Part shown: positions 1 to 11,594 of the stretch, in pieces
Layout of the letters: each line of letters begins with the position of its first letter
Position numbering within the stretch: position 1 is the stretch's first letter
NCBI GenBank assembly: GCA_040954595.2
Contig: CM082592.2
Coordinates: forward strand, 744,001 to 808,000
Direction of reading: 5' to 3'
Source of the DNA: Balanoglossus misakiensis
Lineage: Eukaryota; Animalia; Hemichordata
DNA: 64,000 nucleotides
The notes under the pieces: generated by a model
Database searches by the model: none
Seen by the model: the letters and a program-made list of their open reading frames with translations, nothing else
Told to the model about the DNA's origin: nothing
Translations under genes and position numbers: made by a program

Positions 1-609
1 CGGCCTGGCTCAGCTGAAGCCCCGGCGCTCTAGAGCAGAAACAGGCGTACATTGACCACGTTGATCAAGTCAGATTTCCTACGGCGTGACTCGGCTGGTG
101 CACCGGCTCTATATGACACAGACTGGCGTAAGTTATCAACGGTGTTTACGTCGGATTTCCTACGGCCTGGTTTAGCTGAAGCCCCGGCACTTTAGAGCGG
201 AAACACGCGTACATTGACCACGATGATCAAGTCAGATCTCCTACGGCCTGGCTCGACTAAAACCCCGGCACACCATGACAGACACTAGCGTTCGTTAGCA
301 ACGGTGATCAAGTCGGATTTCCTTCGGCCTGGCTCTGCAAAAGACCCGACACTCTAGTACAAAGACGTTGGCTAAGTCGGGCAAACCGAACAGGGAAAGT
401 CACAGTGGGTCAACACTCGACATTTGTTCCGGTAGGACTGCATTATTGCCTGTCAATTTATAGAGAAAGCCCGAATTTAACCAGGGCGTTTCAAACACCG
501 ACGTTAGTTGGGGGCACGGCCTGCAGTACTGCCGGGTAAGCTGACATCAGCGTACCGCATATAATGTAGGGGGGGGGGGGGGAACAGAACGGTTAAATAC
601 TACATTTAT

Positions 610-1548
610 CAGATAGCAGCTAATTTTGGACAATCATCTAAAATGTAAATCATCTTTTCATATTTGGATATCTGATGATGTATGACATTTCCATTATATG
701 TAAAAATGGTGCTGATTATAAAACATGCACTCTGAATGAACTGATTTAATACAAGATTGCGTTTTATTCGTTTTTGCACCAAAAAGGTCATTTTTAGGCA
801 AAACATTCTTTATTTTTTTAATTCGGTGACCTGATCATATATAAACAATTGCTTGTATGTTAAAAGTTTTTATGACTTTTAAAAGCAGTGACACTGGCGG
901 CATTCATCACGAAAATAACAATTTTAGCCACAATTTAGTCAAAATGGTAAATTTTTGAAATTTACAAAATATACCTGTTTTCTACATTTTCGGAAATCTG
1001 ATGGAGTGTAGAATGCTCTTCGTATGTATATATCGATACAAATTCCACAAAAGACCGTCTAATTTGGCTCACTGCAGACAAAATTGCGTTTTACCAAATT
1101 TTCCTTGAAAATGTCATTTTTAGAAAAAAAAAAAAAACCTTTGTTCTTCGAATTTGGTGCCCTGATCATATATGACATGTTGATTGTATGTTAAAACTCT
1201 CGACCACTCCAAAAATGCTGAGATATTGACGGAATTCAAGAAAAATAGCCATTTTGGCCATATTTTGACAAAAATGGTAAATTTTTGAAAAATCATAAAA
1301 AATTAACTCTTTTCTTCATTTTCGGAAATATTATGGAGCATGAAGTGTCGTTCTCTTGTAAAAAGTGCTGCAAATTCCAGAAAAGGCGGTATAATTTGAA
1401 TCACCCAAGACAAAATTGCAATTTTTCGACTTTTTTTCGAAAAATTGTCTTTTTTACAAAATAAATAAGAATACATTCTTTTCTTAGTTTCAAACGGGTA
1501 GAGATACTTTCCACACGGGTTTTCTAACATTGAATTCCCGTTCATCAA
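610..1548. repeat. Representative AT-rich block: ~2.8 diverged copies of a ~330-bp subrepeat
   Basis: AAAATGGTAAATTTTTGAAA at ~941 and 1271; GGTG(A/C)CCTGATCATATAT at ~825 and 1156; CAA(A/G)ATTGC at ~752, 1080 and 1411. Confidence 0.85.
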
Positions 1549-2420
1549 CTCAGATTTCCTACAGCATAAGTCGGCTAAAACCCTGACACTCTAGAGCAGA
1601 AACAGTTGCACACTGGTAACGTTGAACAAGTCGATTTTTCTACGGCCTGGCTCGGCTAAATCTCCGTCACAATATGACAGACACTAGCGTACGTTAGCAA
1701 CGGTGATCAAGTCAGATTTTCTACGGCATGGGTTGGATAAAGCCCCGGCACTCTAGAGCAGAAACACGCGTACAGAGACCACGTTGATCAAGTCTGATCT
1801 CCTACGGCTTGGCTCGACTAAAACCCCGGCACACTATGACAGACACTAGCGTTCGTTAGCAACGTTGATCAAGTCAGATTTCCTACGGCATGGCTTGGCT
1901 AAAGCCCTGGCACTCTAGAGCAGAAACACGCGTACAGAGACCACGTTGATCTACTCACATTTCCTTCGGCCTGGCACGGCTGATGCCCCGGCACTATATA
2001 TAGGACACAAACTGGCGTAAGTTAACAACGGTAATCACGTCGGGTTTCCTACGGCCTGGCTCAGCTGAAGCCCCGGCACTCTAGAGCAGAAACAGGCGTA
2101 CATTGACCACGTTGATCAAGTCAGTTTTCCTACGGCGTGACTCGGCTGGTGCACCGGCTCTATATGACACAGACTGGCGTAAGTTATCAACGGTGATTAC
2201 GTCGGATTTCCTACGGCCTGGTTTAGCTGAAGCCCCGGCACTTTAGAGCGGAAACACGCGTACATTGACCACGATGATCAAGTCAGATCTCCTACGGCCT
2301 GGCTCGACTAAAACCCCGGCACACCATGACAGACACTAGCGTTCGTTAGCAACGGTGATCAAGTCGGATTTCCTTCGGCCTGGCTCTGCAAAAGACCCGA
2401 CACTCTAGTACAAAGACGTT
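1549..2420. repeat. Representative GC-rich block: ten 81-bp monomers (one 85 bp) alternating type A and B, plus a partial eleventh
   Basis: The CT(A/T)C(G/A)GC anchor falls at 1559, 1640, 1721, 1802, 1883, 1964, 2049, 2130, 2211, 2292 and 2373. Type A carries CT(C/T)TAGAGC(A/G)GAAAC. Type B carries GACAGACACTAGCGT or GACACAGACTGGCGT. Confidence 0.95.
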
Positions 2421-5400
2421 GGCTAAGTTGGGCAAACCGAAGAGGGAAAGTCGCAGCGGGTCAACACTCGACATTTGTTCCGGTAGGACTGCATTATTGC
2501 CTGTCGATTTATAGAGAGAGCCCGAATTTAACCAGGGCGTTTCAAACACCGACGTTTGTTGGGGGCACGGCCTACAGTACTGCCGGGTAAGCTGACATCG
2601 GCGTACCGCATATAATGTAAGGGGGGGGGGGGACAGAACGGTTCAATACTACATTTATTAGATATCAGCTAATTTTGGACAATCATCTAAAATCTAAATC
2701 ATTTTTTCATATTTGGATATCTGATGATGTATGAAATTTCCATTATATGTAAAAATGGTGCTGATTATAAAAATGCACTCTGAATGAGCTGATTTAATAC
2801 AAAATTGCGTTTTATTCGTTTTTGCACCAAAAAGGTCATTTTTAGGCAAAACATTCTTTATATTTTTAATTCGGTGACCTGATCATATATAAACAATTGC
2901 TTGTATGTTAAAAGTTTTTATGACTTTTAAAAGCAGTGACACTGGCGGCATTCATCACGAAAATAACAATTTTAGCCACAATTTAGTCAAAATGGTAAAT
3001 TTTTGAAATTTACAAAAAATACCTGTTTTCTACATTTTCGGAAATCTGATGGAGTGTAGAATGCTCTTCGTATGTATATATCGATACAAATTCCACAAAA
3101 GACCGTCTAATTTGGCTCACTGCAGACAAAATTGCGTTTTACCAAATTTTCCTTGAAAATGTCATTTTTAGAAAAAAAAAAAAAACCTTTGTTCTTCGAA
3201 TTTGGTGCCCTGATCATATATGACATGTTGATTGTATGTTAAAACTCTCGACCACTCCAAAAATGCTGAGATATTGACGGAATTCAAGAAAAATAGCCAT
3301 TTTGGCCATATTTTGACAAAAATGGTAAATTTTTGAAAAATCATAAAAAATTAACTCTTTTCTTCATTTTCGGAAATATTATGGAGCATGAAGTGTCGTT
3401 CTCTTGTAAAAAGTGCTGCAAATTCCAGAAAAGGCGGTATAATTTGAATCACCCAAGACAAAATTGCAATTTTTCGACTTTTTTTCGAAAAATTGTCTTT
3501 TTTACAAAATAAATAAGAATAAATTCTTTTCTTAGTTTCAAACGGGTAGAGATACTTTCCACACGGGTTTTCTAACATTGAATTCCCGTTCATCAACTCA
3601 GATTTCCTACAGCATAAGTCGGCTAAAACCCTGACACTCTAGAGCAGAAACAGTTGCACACTGGTAACGTTGAACAAGTCGATTTTTCTACGGCCTGGCT
3701 CGGCTAAATCTCCGTCACAATATGACAGACACTAGCGTACGTTAGCAACGGTGATCAAGTCAGATTTTCTACGGCATGGCTGGGATAAAGCCCCGGCACT
3801 CTAGAGCAGAAAAACGCGTACAGAAACCACGTTGATCAAGTCTGATCTCCTACGGCTTGGCTCGACTAAAACCCCGGCACACTATGACAGACACTAGCGT
3901 TCGTTAGCAACGTTGATCAAGTCAGATTTCCTACGGCATGGCTTGGCTAAAGCCCTGGCAGTCTAGAGCAGAAACACGCGTACAGAGACCACGTTGATCT
4001 ACTCCCATTTACTTCGGCCTGGCACAGCTGATGCCCCGGCACTATATATAGGACACAGACTGGCGTAAGTTAACAACGGTAATCACGTCGGGTTTCCTAC
4101 GGCCTGGCTCAGCTGAAGCCCCGGCACTCTAGAGCAGAAACAGGCGTACATTGACCACGTTGATCAAGTCAGATGTCCTACGGCGTGACTCCGCTGGTGC
4201 ACCGGCTCTATATGACACAGACTGGCGTAAGTTATCAACGGTGATTACGTCGGATTTCCTACGGCCTGGTTTAGCTCAGGCCCCGGCACTTTAGAGCGGA
4301 AACACGCGTACATTGACCACGATGATCAAGTCAGATCTCCTACGGCTTGGCTCGACTAAAACCCCGGCACACTATGACAGACACTAGCGTTCGTTAGCAA
4401 CGTTGATCAAGTCAGATTTCCTACGGCATGGCTTGGCTAAAGCCCTGGCATTCTAGAGCAGAAACACGCGTACAGAGACCACATTGATCTACTCACATTT
4501 CCTTAGGCCTGGCACGGCTGATGCCCCGCACTATATATAGGACACAGACTGGCGTAAGTTAACAACGGTAATCACGTCGGGTTTCCTACGGCCTGGATCA
4601 GCTGAAGCCCCGGCACTCTAGAGCAGAAACAGGCGTACATTGACCACGTTGATCAAGTCAGATTTCCTACGGCCTGGTTCGACTAAAACCCCGGCACACC
4701 ATGACAGACACTAGCGTTCGTTAGCAACGGTGATCAAGTCGGATTTCCTTCGGCCTGGCTCGGCAAAAGACCCGACCCTCTAGTACAAAGACGTTGGCTA
4801 AGTCGGGCAAACCGAAGAGGGAAAGTCACAGCGGGTCAACACTCGACATTTGTTCGGGTAGGACTGCATTATTGCCTGTTAATTTATAGAGAAAGCCCGA
4901 ATTTAACCAGGGCGCTTCAAACACCGACGTTAGTTGGGGGCACGGCCTGCAGTACTGCCGGGTAAGGTGACATCGGCTTACCGCATATAATGTAGGGGGG
5001 GGGGGAGAAACAGAACGGTTCAATACTACATTTATCAGATATCAGCTAATTTTGGACAATCATCTAAAATCTAAATCATCTTTTCATATTTGGATATCTG
5101 ATGATGTATGAAATTTCCATTATATGTAAAAATGGTGCTGATTATAAAAATGCACTCTGAATGAGCTGATTTAATACAAAATTGCGTTTTATTCGTTTTT
5201 GCACCAAAAAGGTCATTTTTAGGCAAAACATTCTTTATTTTTTTAATTCGGTGACCTGATCATATATAAACAATTGCTTGTATGTTAAAAGTTTTTATGA
5301 CTTTTAAAAGCAGTGACACTGGCGGCATTCAACACGAAAATAACAATTTTAGCCACAATTTGGTCAAAATGGTAAATTTTTGAAAATTACAAAAAATACC

Positions 5401-6280
5401 TGTTTTCTACATTTTTGGAAATCTGATGGAGTATAGAATGCTCTTCGTATATATATATCGATACAAATTCCACAAAAGACCGTCTAATTTGGCTCACTGC
5501 AGACAAAATTGCGTTTTACCAAATTTTCCTTGAAAATGTCATTTTTAGAAAAAAAAATAAAAAAACCTTTGTTCTTCAAATGTGGTGCCCTGATCATATA
5601 TGACATGTTGATTGTATGTTAAAACTTTCGACCACTCCAAAAATGCAGAGATATTGACGGAATTCAAGAAAAAATAGCCATTTTGGCCATATTTTGACAA
5701 AAATGGTAAATTTTTAAAAAATCATAAAAAAATAACTATTTTCTTCATTTTCGGAAATATTATGAAGCATGAAGTGTCGTTCTCTTGTAAAAAGTGCTGC
5801 AAATTCCAGAAAAGGTGGTATAATTTGAATCACCCAGACAAAATTACCATTTTCGACTTTTTTTCGAAAAATTGTCTTTTTAACAAAATAAATAAGAATA
5901 AATTCTTTTCTTAGTTTCAAACGGGAAGAGATACTTTCCACACGGGTTTTCTAACATTGAATTCCCGTTCATCAACTCAGATTTCCTACAGCATAAGTCG
6001 GCTAAAACCCTGACACTCTAGAGCAGAAACAGTTGCACACTGGTAACGTAAAACAAGTCGATTTTTCTACGGCCTGGCTCGGCTAAATCTCCGTCACAAT
6101 ATGACAGACACTAGCGTACGTTAGCAACGGTGATCGAGTCAGATTTTCTACGGCATGGCTTGGATAAAGCCCCTGCTCTCTAGAGCAGAAACACGCGTAC
6201 AGAGACCACGTTGATGAAGTCTGATCTCCTACGGCTTGGCTCGACTAAAACCCCGGCACACTATGACAGACACTAGCGTT

Positions 6281-6467
6281 ATTATTATTATTATTATTAA
6301 GAATTGTTTAAAATGCGCTACACATACGTCTCAGCGCATTGTGCATAGCTAAAACAGTAGATTAAAAAATACAAGGCTGGTAAAAATAGTTAAAAGGACA
6401 CAATCGAACACGTTACAAATAAAACCGAGTAAAAAGGTATGTTTTCAAATTACGCTTAAAAATATTG
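6281..6467 (-). mobile_element. 187-bp 5'-truncated L2/CR1-group LINE 3' end, copy 1
   Basis: TSD AGCGTT at 6275-6280 and 6468-6473. The minus strand reads LNIFKRNLKTYLFTRFYL* (6469-6413), matching the FKxxLKTxLF C-terminus typical of L2/CR1-group ORF2. It has a 3' stem-loop AATGCGCT/AGCGCATT (6312-6340) and a (TAA)n tail. Confidence 0.8.
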
Positions 6468-9400
6468 AGCGTTCGTTAGCAACGTTGATCAAGTCAGATT
6501 TCCTACGGCATGGCTTTGCTAAAGCCCTGACACTCTAGAGCAGAAACACGCGTACAGAGACCACGTTGATGTACTCACATTTCCTTCGGCCTGGCACGGC
6601 TGATGCCCTGGCACTATATATAGGACACAGACTTGCGTAAGTTAACAACTGTAATCACGTCGGGTTTCCTACGGCCTAGCTCAGCTGAAGCCCCGGCACT
6701 CTAGAGCAGAAACAGGCGTACATTGACCACGTTGATCAAGTCAGATTTCCTACGGCGTGACTCGGCTGGTGCACCGGCTCTATATGACACAGACTGGCGT
6801 AAGTTATCAACGTTGATTACGTCGGATTTCCTACGGCCTGGTTTAGCTGAAGCCCCGGCACTTTAGAGCGGAAACACGCGTACATTGACCACGATGATCA
6901 AGTCAGATCTCCTACGGCCTGGCTCGACTAAAACCCCGGCACACCATGACAGACACTAGCGTTCGTTAGCAACGGTGATCAAGTCGGATTTCCTTCGGCC
7001 TGGCTCTGCAAAAGACCCGACACTCTAGTACAAAGACGTCGGCTAAGTCGGGCAAACCGAAGAGGGAAAGTCACAGCGTGTCAACACTCGACATTTGTTC
7101 GGGTAGGACTGCATTATTGCCTGTCAATTTATAGAGAAAGCCCGAATTTAACCAGGGCGTTTCAAACACCGACGTTAGTTGGGGGCACGGCCTGCAGTAC
7201 TGCCGGGTAAGCTGACATCGGCGTACCGCATATAATGTAGGGGAGGGGGGGGGGGGGGAAGAGAACGGTTCAATACTACATTTATTAGATATCAGCTAAT
7301 TTTGGACAATCATCTAAAATCTAAATCATTTTTTCATATTTGGATATCTGGTGATGTATGAAATTTCCATTATATGTAAAAATGGTGCTGATTATAAAAA
7401 AATGCACTCTGAATGAGCTTATTTAATACAAAATTGCGTTTTATTCGTTTTAGCACCAAAAAGGTCATTTTTAGGCCAAACATTCTTTATTTTTTTTAAT
7501 TCGGTGACCTGATCATATATAAACAATTGCTTGTATGTTAAAAGTTTTTATGACTTTTAAAAGCAGTGACACTGGCGGCATTCAACACGAAAATAACAAT
7601 TTTAGCCATAATTTGGTCAAAATGGTAAATTTTTGAAAATTACAAAAAATACCTGTTTTCTACATTTTCGGAAATCTGATGGAGTATAGAATGCTCTTCG
7701 TATGTATATATCGATACAAATTCCACAAAAGACAATCTAATTTGGCTCACTGCAGACAAAATTGCGTTTTACCAAATGTTCCTTGAAAATGTCATTTTTA
7801 GAAAAAAAACTAAAAAAAACTTTGTTCTTCGAATTTGGTGCCCTGATCATATATGACATGTTGATTGTATGTTAAAACTTTCGACCACTCCAAAAATGCA
7901 GAGATATTGACGGAATTCAAGAAAAAATAGCCATTTTGGCCATATTTTGACAAAAATGGTAATTTTTTAAAAAATCATAAAAAATTAACTCTTTTCTTCA
8001 TTTTCGGAAATATTATGGAGCATGAAATGTCCTTCTCTTGTAAAAAGTGCTGTAAATTCCAGAAAAGGCGGTATAATTTGAATCACCCAAGACAAAATTA
8101 CCATTTTCGACTTTTTCTCGAAAAATTGTCTTGTTTTACAAAATAAATAAGAATAAATTCTTTTCTTAGTTTCAAACGGGTAGAGATACTTTACACACCG
8201 GTTTTCTAACATTGAATTCCCGTTCATCAACTCAGATTTCCTACAGCACAAGTCGGCTAAAATCCTGACACTCTAGAGCAGAAACAGTTGCACACTGGTA
8301 ACGTTGAACAAGTCGATTTTTCTACGGCCTGGCTCGGCTAAATCTCCGTCACAATATGACAGGCACTAGCGTTCGTTAGCAACGTTGATCAAGTCAGATT
8401 TCCTACGGCATGGCTTGGCTAAAGCCCTGGCATTCTAGAGCAGAAACACGCGTACAGAAACCACGTTGATCTATTCACATTTCCTTCGGCCTGGCACGGC
8501 TGATGCCCCGGCAGTATATATAGGACACAGACTGGCGTAAGTTAACAACGGTAATCACGTCGGGTTTCCTACGGCCTGGCTCAGCTGAAGCCCCGGCACT
8601 CTAGAGCAGAAACAGGCGTACATTGACCACGTTGATCAAATCAGATTCCTACGGCGTGACTCCGCTGGTGCACCGGCTCTATATGACACAGACTGGCGTA
8701 AGTTATCAACGGTGATTACGTCATATTTCCTACGGCCTGGTTTAGCTCAAGCCCCGGCACTTTAGAGCGGAAACACGCGTACATTGACCACGATGATCAA
8801 GTCAGATCTCCTACGGCCTGGCTCGACTAAAACCCCGGCACACCATGACAGACACTAGCGTTCGTTAGCAACGGTGATCAAGTCGGATTTCCTTCGGCCT
8901 GGCTCTGCAAAAGACCCGACACTCTAGTACAAAGACGTCGGCTAAGTCGGGCAAACCGAAGAGGGAAAGTCACAGCGTGTCAACACTCGACATTTGTTCG
9001 GGTAGGACTGCATTATTGCCTGTCAATTTATAGAGAAAGCCCGAATTTAACCAGGGCGTTTCAAACACCGACGTTAGTTGGGGGCACGGCCTGCAGTACT
9101 GCCGGGTAAGCTGACATCGGCGTACCGCATATAATGTAGGGGAGGGGGGGGGGAAGAGAACGGTTCAATACTACATTTATTAGATATCAGCTAATTTTGG
9201 ACAATCATCTAAAATCTAAATCATTTTTTCATATTTGGATATCTGGTGATGTATGAAATTTCCATTATATGTAAAAATGGTGCTGATTATAAAAAAATGC
9301 ACTCTGAATGAGCTTATTTAATACAAAATTGCGTTTTATTCGTTTTAGCACCAAAAAGGTCATTTTTAGGCCAAACATTCTTTATTTTTTTTAATTCGGT

Positions 9401-11407
9401 GACCTGATCATATATAAACAATTGCTTGTATGTTAAAAGTTTTTATGACTTTTAAAAGCAGTGACACTGGCGGCATTCAACACGAAAATAACAATTTTAG
9501 CCATAATTTGGTCAAAATGGTAAATTTTTGAAAATTACAAAAAATACCTGTTTTCTACATTTTCGGAAATCTGATGGAGTATAGAATGCTCTTCGTATGT
9601 ATATATCGATACAAATTCCACAAAAGACAATCTAATTTGGCTCACTGCAGACAAAATTGCGTTTTACCAAATGTTCCTTGAAAATGTCATTTTTAGAAAA
9701 AAAACTAAAAAAAACTTTGTTCTTCGAATTTGGTGCCCTGATCATATATGACATGTTGATTGTATGTTAAAACTTTCGACCACTCCAAAAATGCAGAGAT
9801 ATTGACGGAATTCAAGAAAAAATAGCCATTTTGGCCATATTTTGACAAAAATGGTAATTTTTTAAAAAATCATAAAAAATTAACTCTTTTCTTCATTTTC
9901 GGAAATATTATGGAGCATGAAATGTCCTTCTCTTGTAAAAAGTGCTGTAAATTCCAGAAAAGGCGGTATAATTTGAATCACCCAAGACAAAATTACCATT
10001 TTCGACTTTTTCTCGAAAAATTGTCTTGTTTTACAAAATAAATAAGAATAAATTCTTTTCTTAGTTTCAAACGGGTAGAGATACTTTACACACCGGTTTT
10101 CTAACATTGAATTCCCGTTCATCAACTCAGATTTCCTACAGCACAAGTCGGCTAAAACCCTGACACTCTAGAGCAGAAACAGTTGCACACTGGTAACGTT
10201 GAACAAGTCGATTTTTCTACGGCCTGGCTCGGCTAAATCTCCGTCACAATATGACAGGCACTAGCGTTCGTTAGCAACGTTGATCAAGTCAGATTTCCTA
10301 CGGCATGGCTTGGCTAAAGCCCTGGCATTCTAGAGCAGAAACACGCGTACAGAAACCACGTTGATCTATTCACATTTCCTTCGGCCTGGCACGGCTGATG
10401 CCCCGGCAGTATATATAGGACACAGACTGGCGTAAGTTAACAACGGTAATCACGTCGGGTTTCCTACGGCCTGGCTCAGCTGAAGCCCCGGCACTCTAGA
10501 GCAGAAACAGGCGTACATTGACCACGTTGATCAAATCAGATTCCTACGGCGTGACTCCGCTGGTGCACCGGCTCTATATGACACAGACTGGCGTAAGTTA
10601 TCAACGGTGATTACGTCGGATTTCCTACGGCCTGGTTTAGCTCAAGCCCCGGCACTTTAGAGCGGAAACACGCGTACATTGACCACGATGATCAAGTCAG
10701 ATCTCCTACGGCTTGGCTCGACTAAAACCCCGGCATACTATGACAGACACTAGCGTTCGTTAGCAACGTTGATCAATTCAGATTTCCTACGGCATGGCTT
10801 GGCTAAAGCCCTGGCATTCTAGAGCAGAAACACGCGTACAGAGACCACATTGATCTACTCACATTTCCTTAGGCCTGGCACGGCTGATGCCCCGCACTAT
10901 ATATAGGACACAGACTGGCGTAAGTTAACAACGGTAATCACGTCGGGTTTCCTACGGCCTGGCTCAGCTGAAGCCCCAGCACTCTAGAGCAGAAACAGGC
11001 GTACATTGACTACGTTGATCAAATCAGATTCCTACGGCGTGACTCGGCTGGTGCACCGGCTCTATATGACACAGACTGGCGTAAGTTATCAACGGTAATT
11101 ACGTCGGATTTCCTACGGCCTGGTTTAGCTGAAGCCCCGGCACTTTAGAGCGGAAACACGCGTACATTGACCACGATGATCCAGTCAGATCTCCTACGGC
11201 CTGGCTCGACTAAATCTCCGTCACAATATGACAGACACTAGCGTACGTTAGCAACGGTGATCGAGTCAGATTTTCTACGGCATGGCTTGGATAAAGCCCC
11301 GGCACTCTAGAGCAGAAACACGCGTACAGAGACCACGTTGATGAAGTCTGATCTCCTACGGCTTGGCTCGACTAAAACCCCGGCACACTATGACAGACAC
11401 TAGCGTT

Positions 11408-11594
11408 ATTATTATTATTATTATTAAGAATTGTTTAAAATGCGCTACACATACGTCTCAGCGCATTGTACATAGCTAAAACAGTAGATTAAAAAATACA
11501 AGGCTGGTAAAAATAGTTAAAAGGACACAATCGAACACGTTACACATAAAACCGAGTAAAAAGGTATGTTTTCAAATTACGCTTAAAAATATTG
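11408..11594 (-). mobile_element. 187-bp L2-like LINE 3' fragment, copy 2
   Basis: Same breakpoints and TSD (11402-11407, 11595-11600) as copy 1, with two substitutions seen. Confidence 0.8.

Noticed and set aside
312-357. Helitron-like 3' end (GTCGG...CCGAC then CTAG|T)
   Set aside because: The CTAG is simply the type-A monomer CTCTAG and the stem is only 5 bp with a long loop. This is insufficient without solo copies.
1790-1812. 5S rRNA-like words (GTCTGATCTC, CCTACGGC)
   Set aside because: The matches are only 8-10 nt, in the wrong order, with no 120-nt gene, box C or T-run terminator.
1549-2420. 81-bp monomer as a 27-codon protein repeat
   Set aside because: Stop codons occur in all three forward frames, the ORF track shows no long ORF on either strand, and one monomer is 85 bp.
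1549-2420. CRISPR-like repeat-spacer periodicity
   Set aside because: The intervening sequences are homologous to each other rather than unique spacers, there are no cas genes, and the context is eukaryotic.
2719-2745. CTGATGA-TGTAT-GAAA resembling a minimal hammerhead ribozyme core
   Set aside because: No helix III plus cleavage triplet with an adjacent helix I can be built. Paralogous positions in the other 330-bp subrepeats lack the core, and some units read GACA or CTGGTGA.
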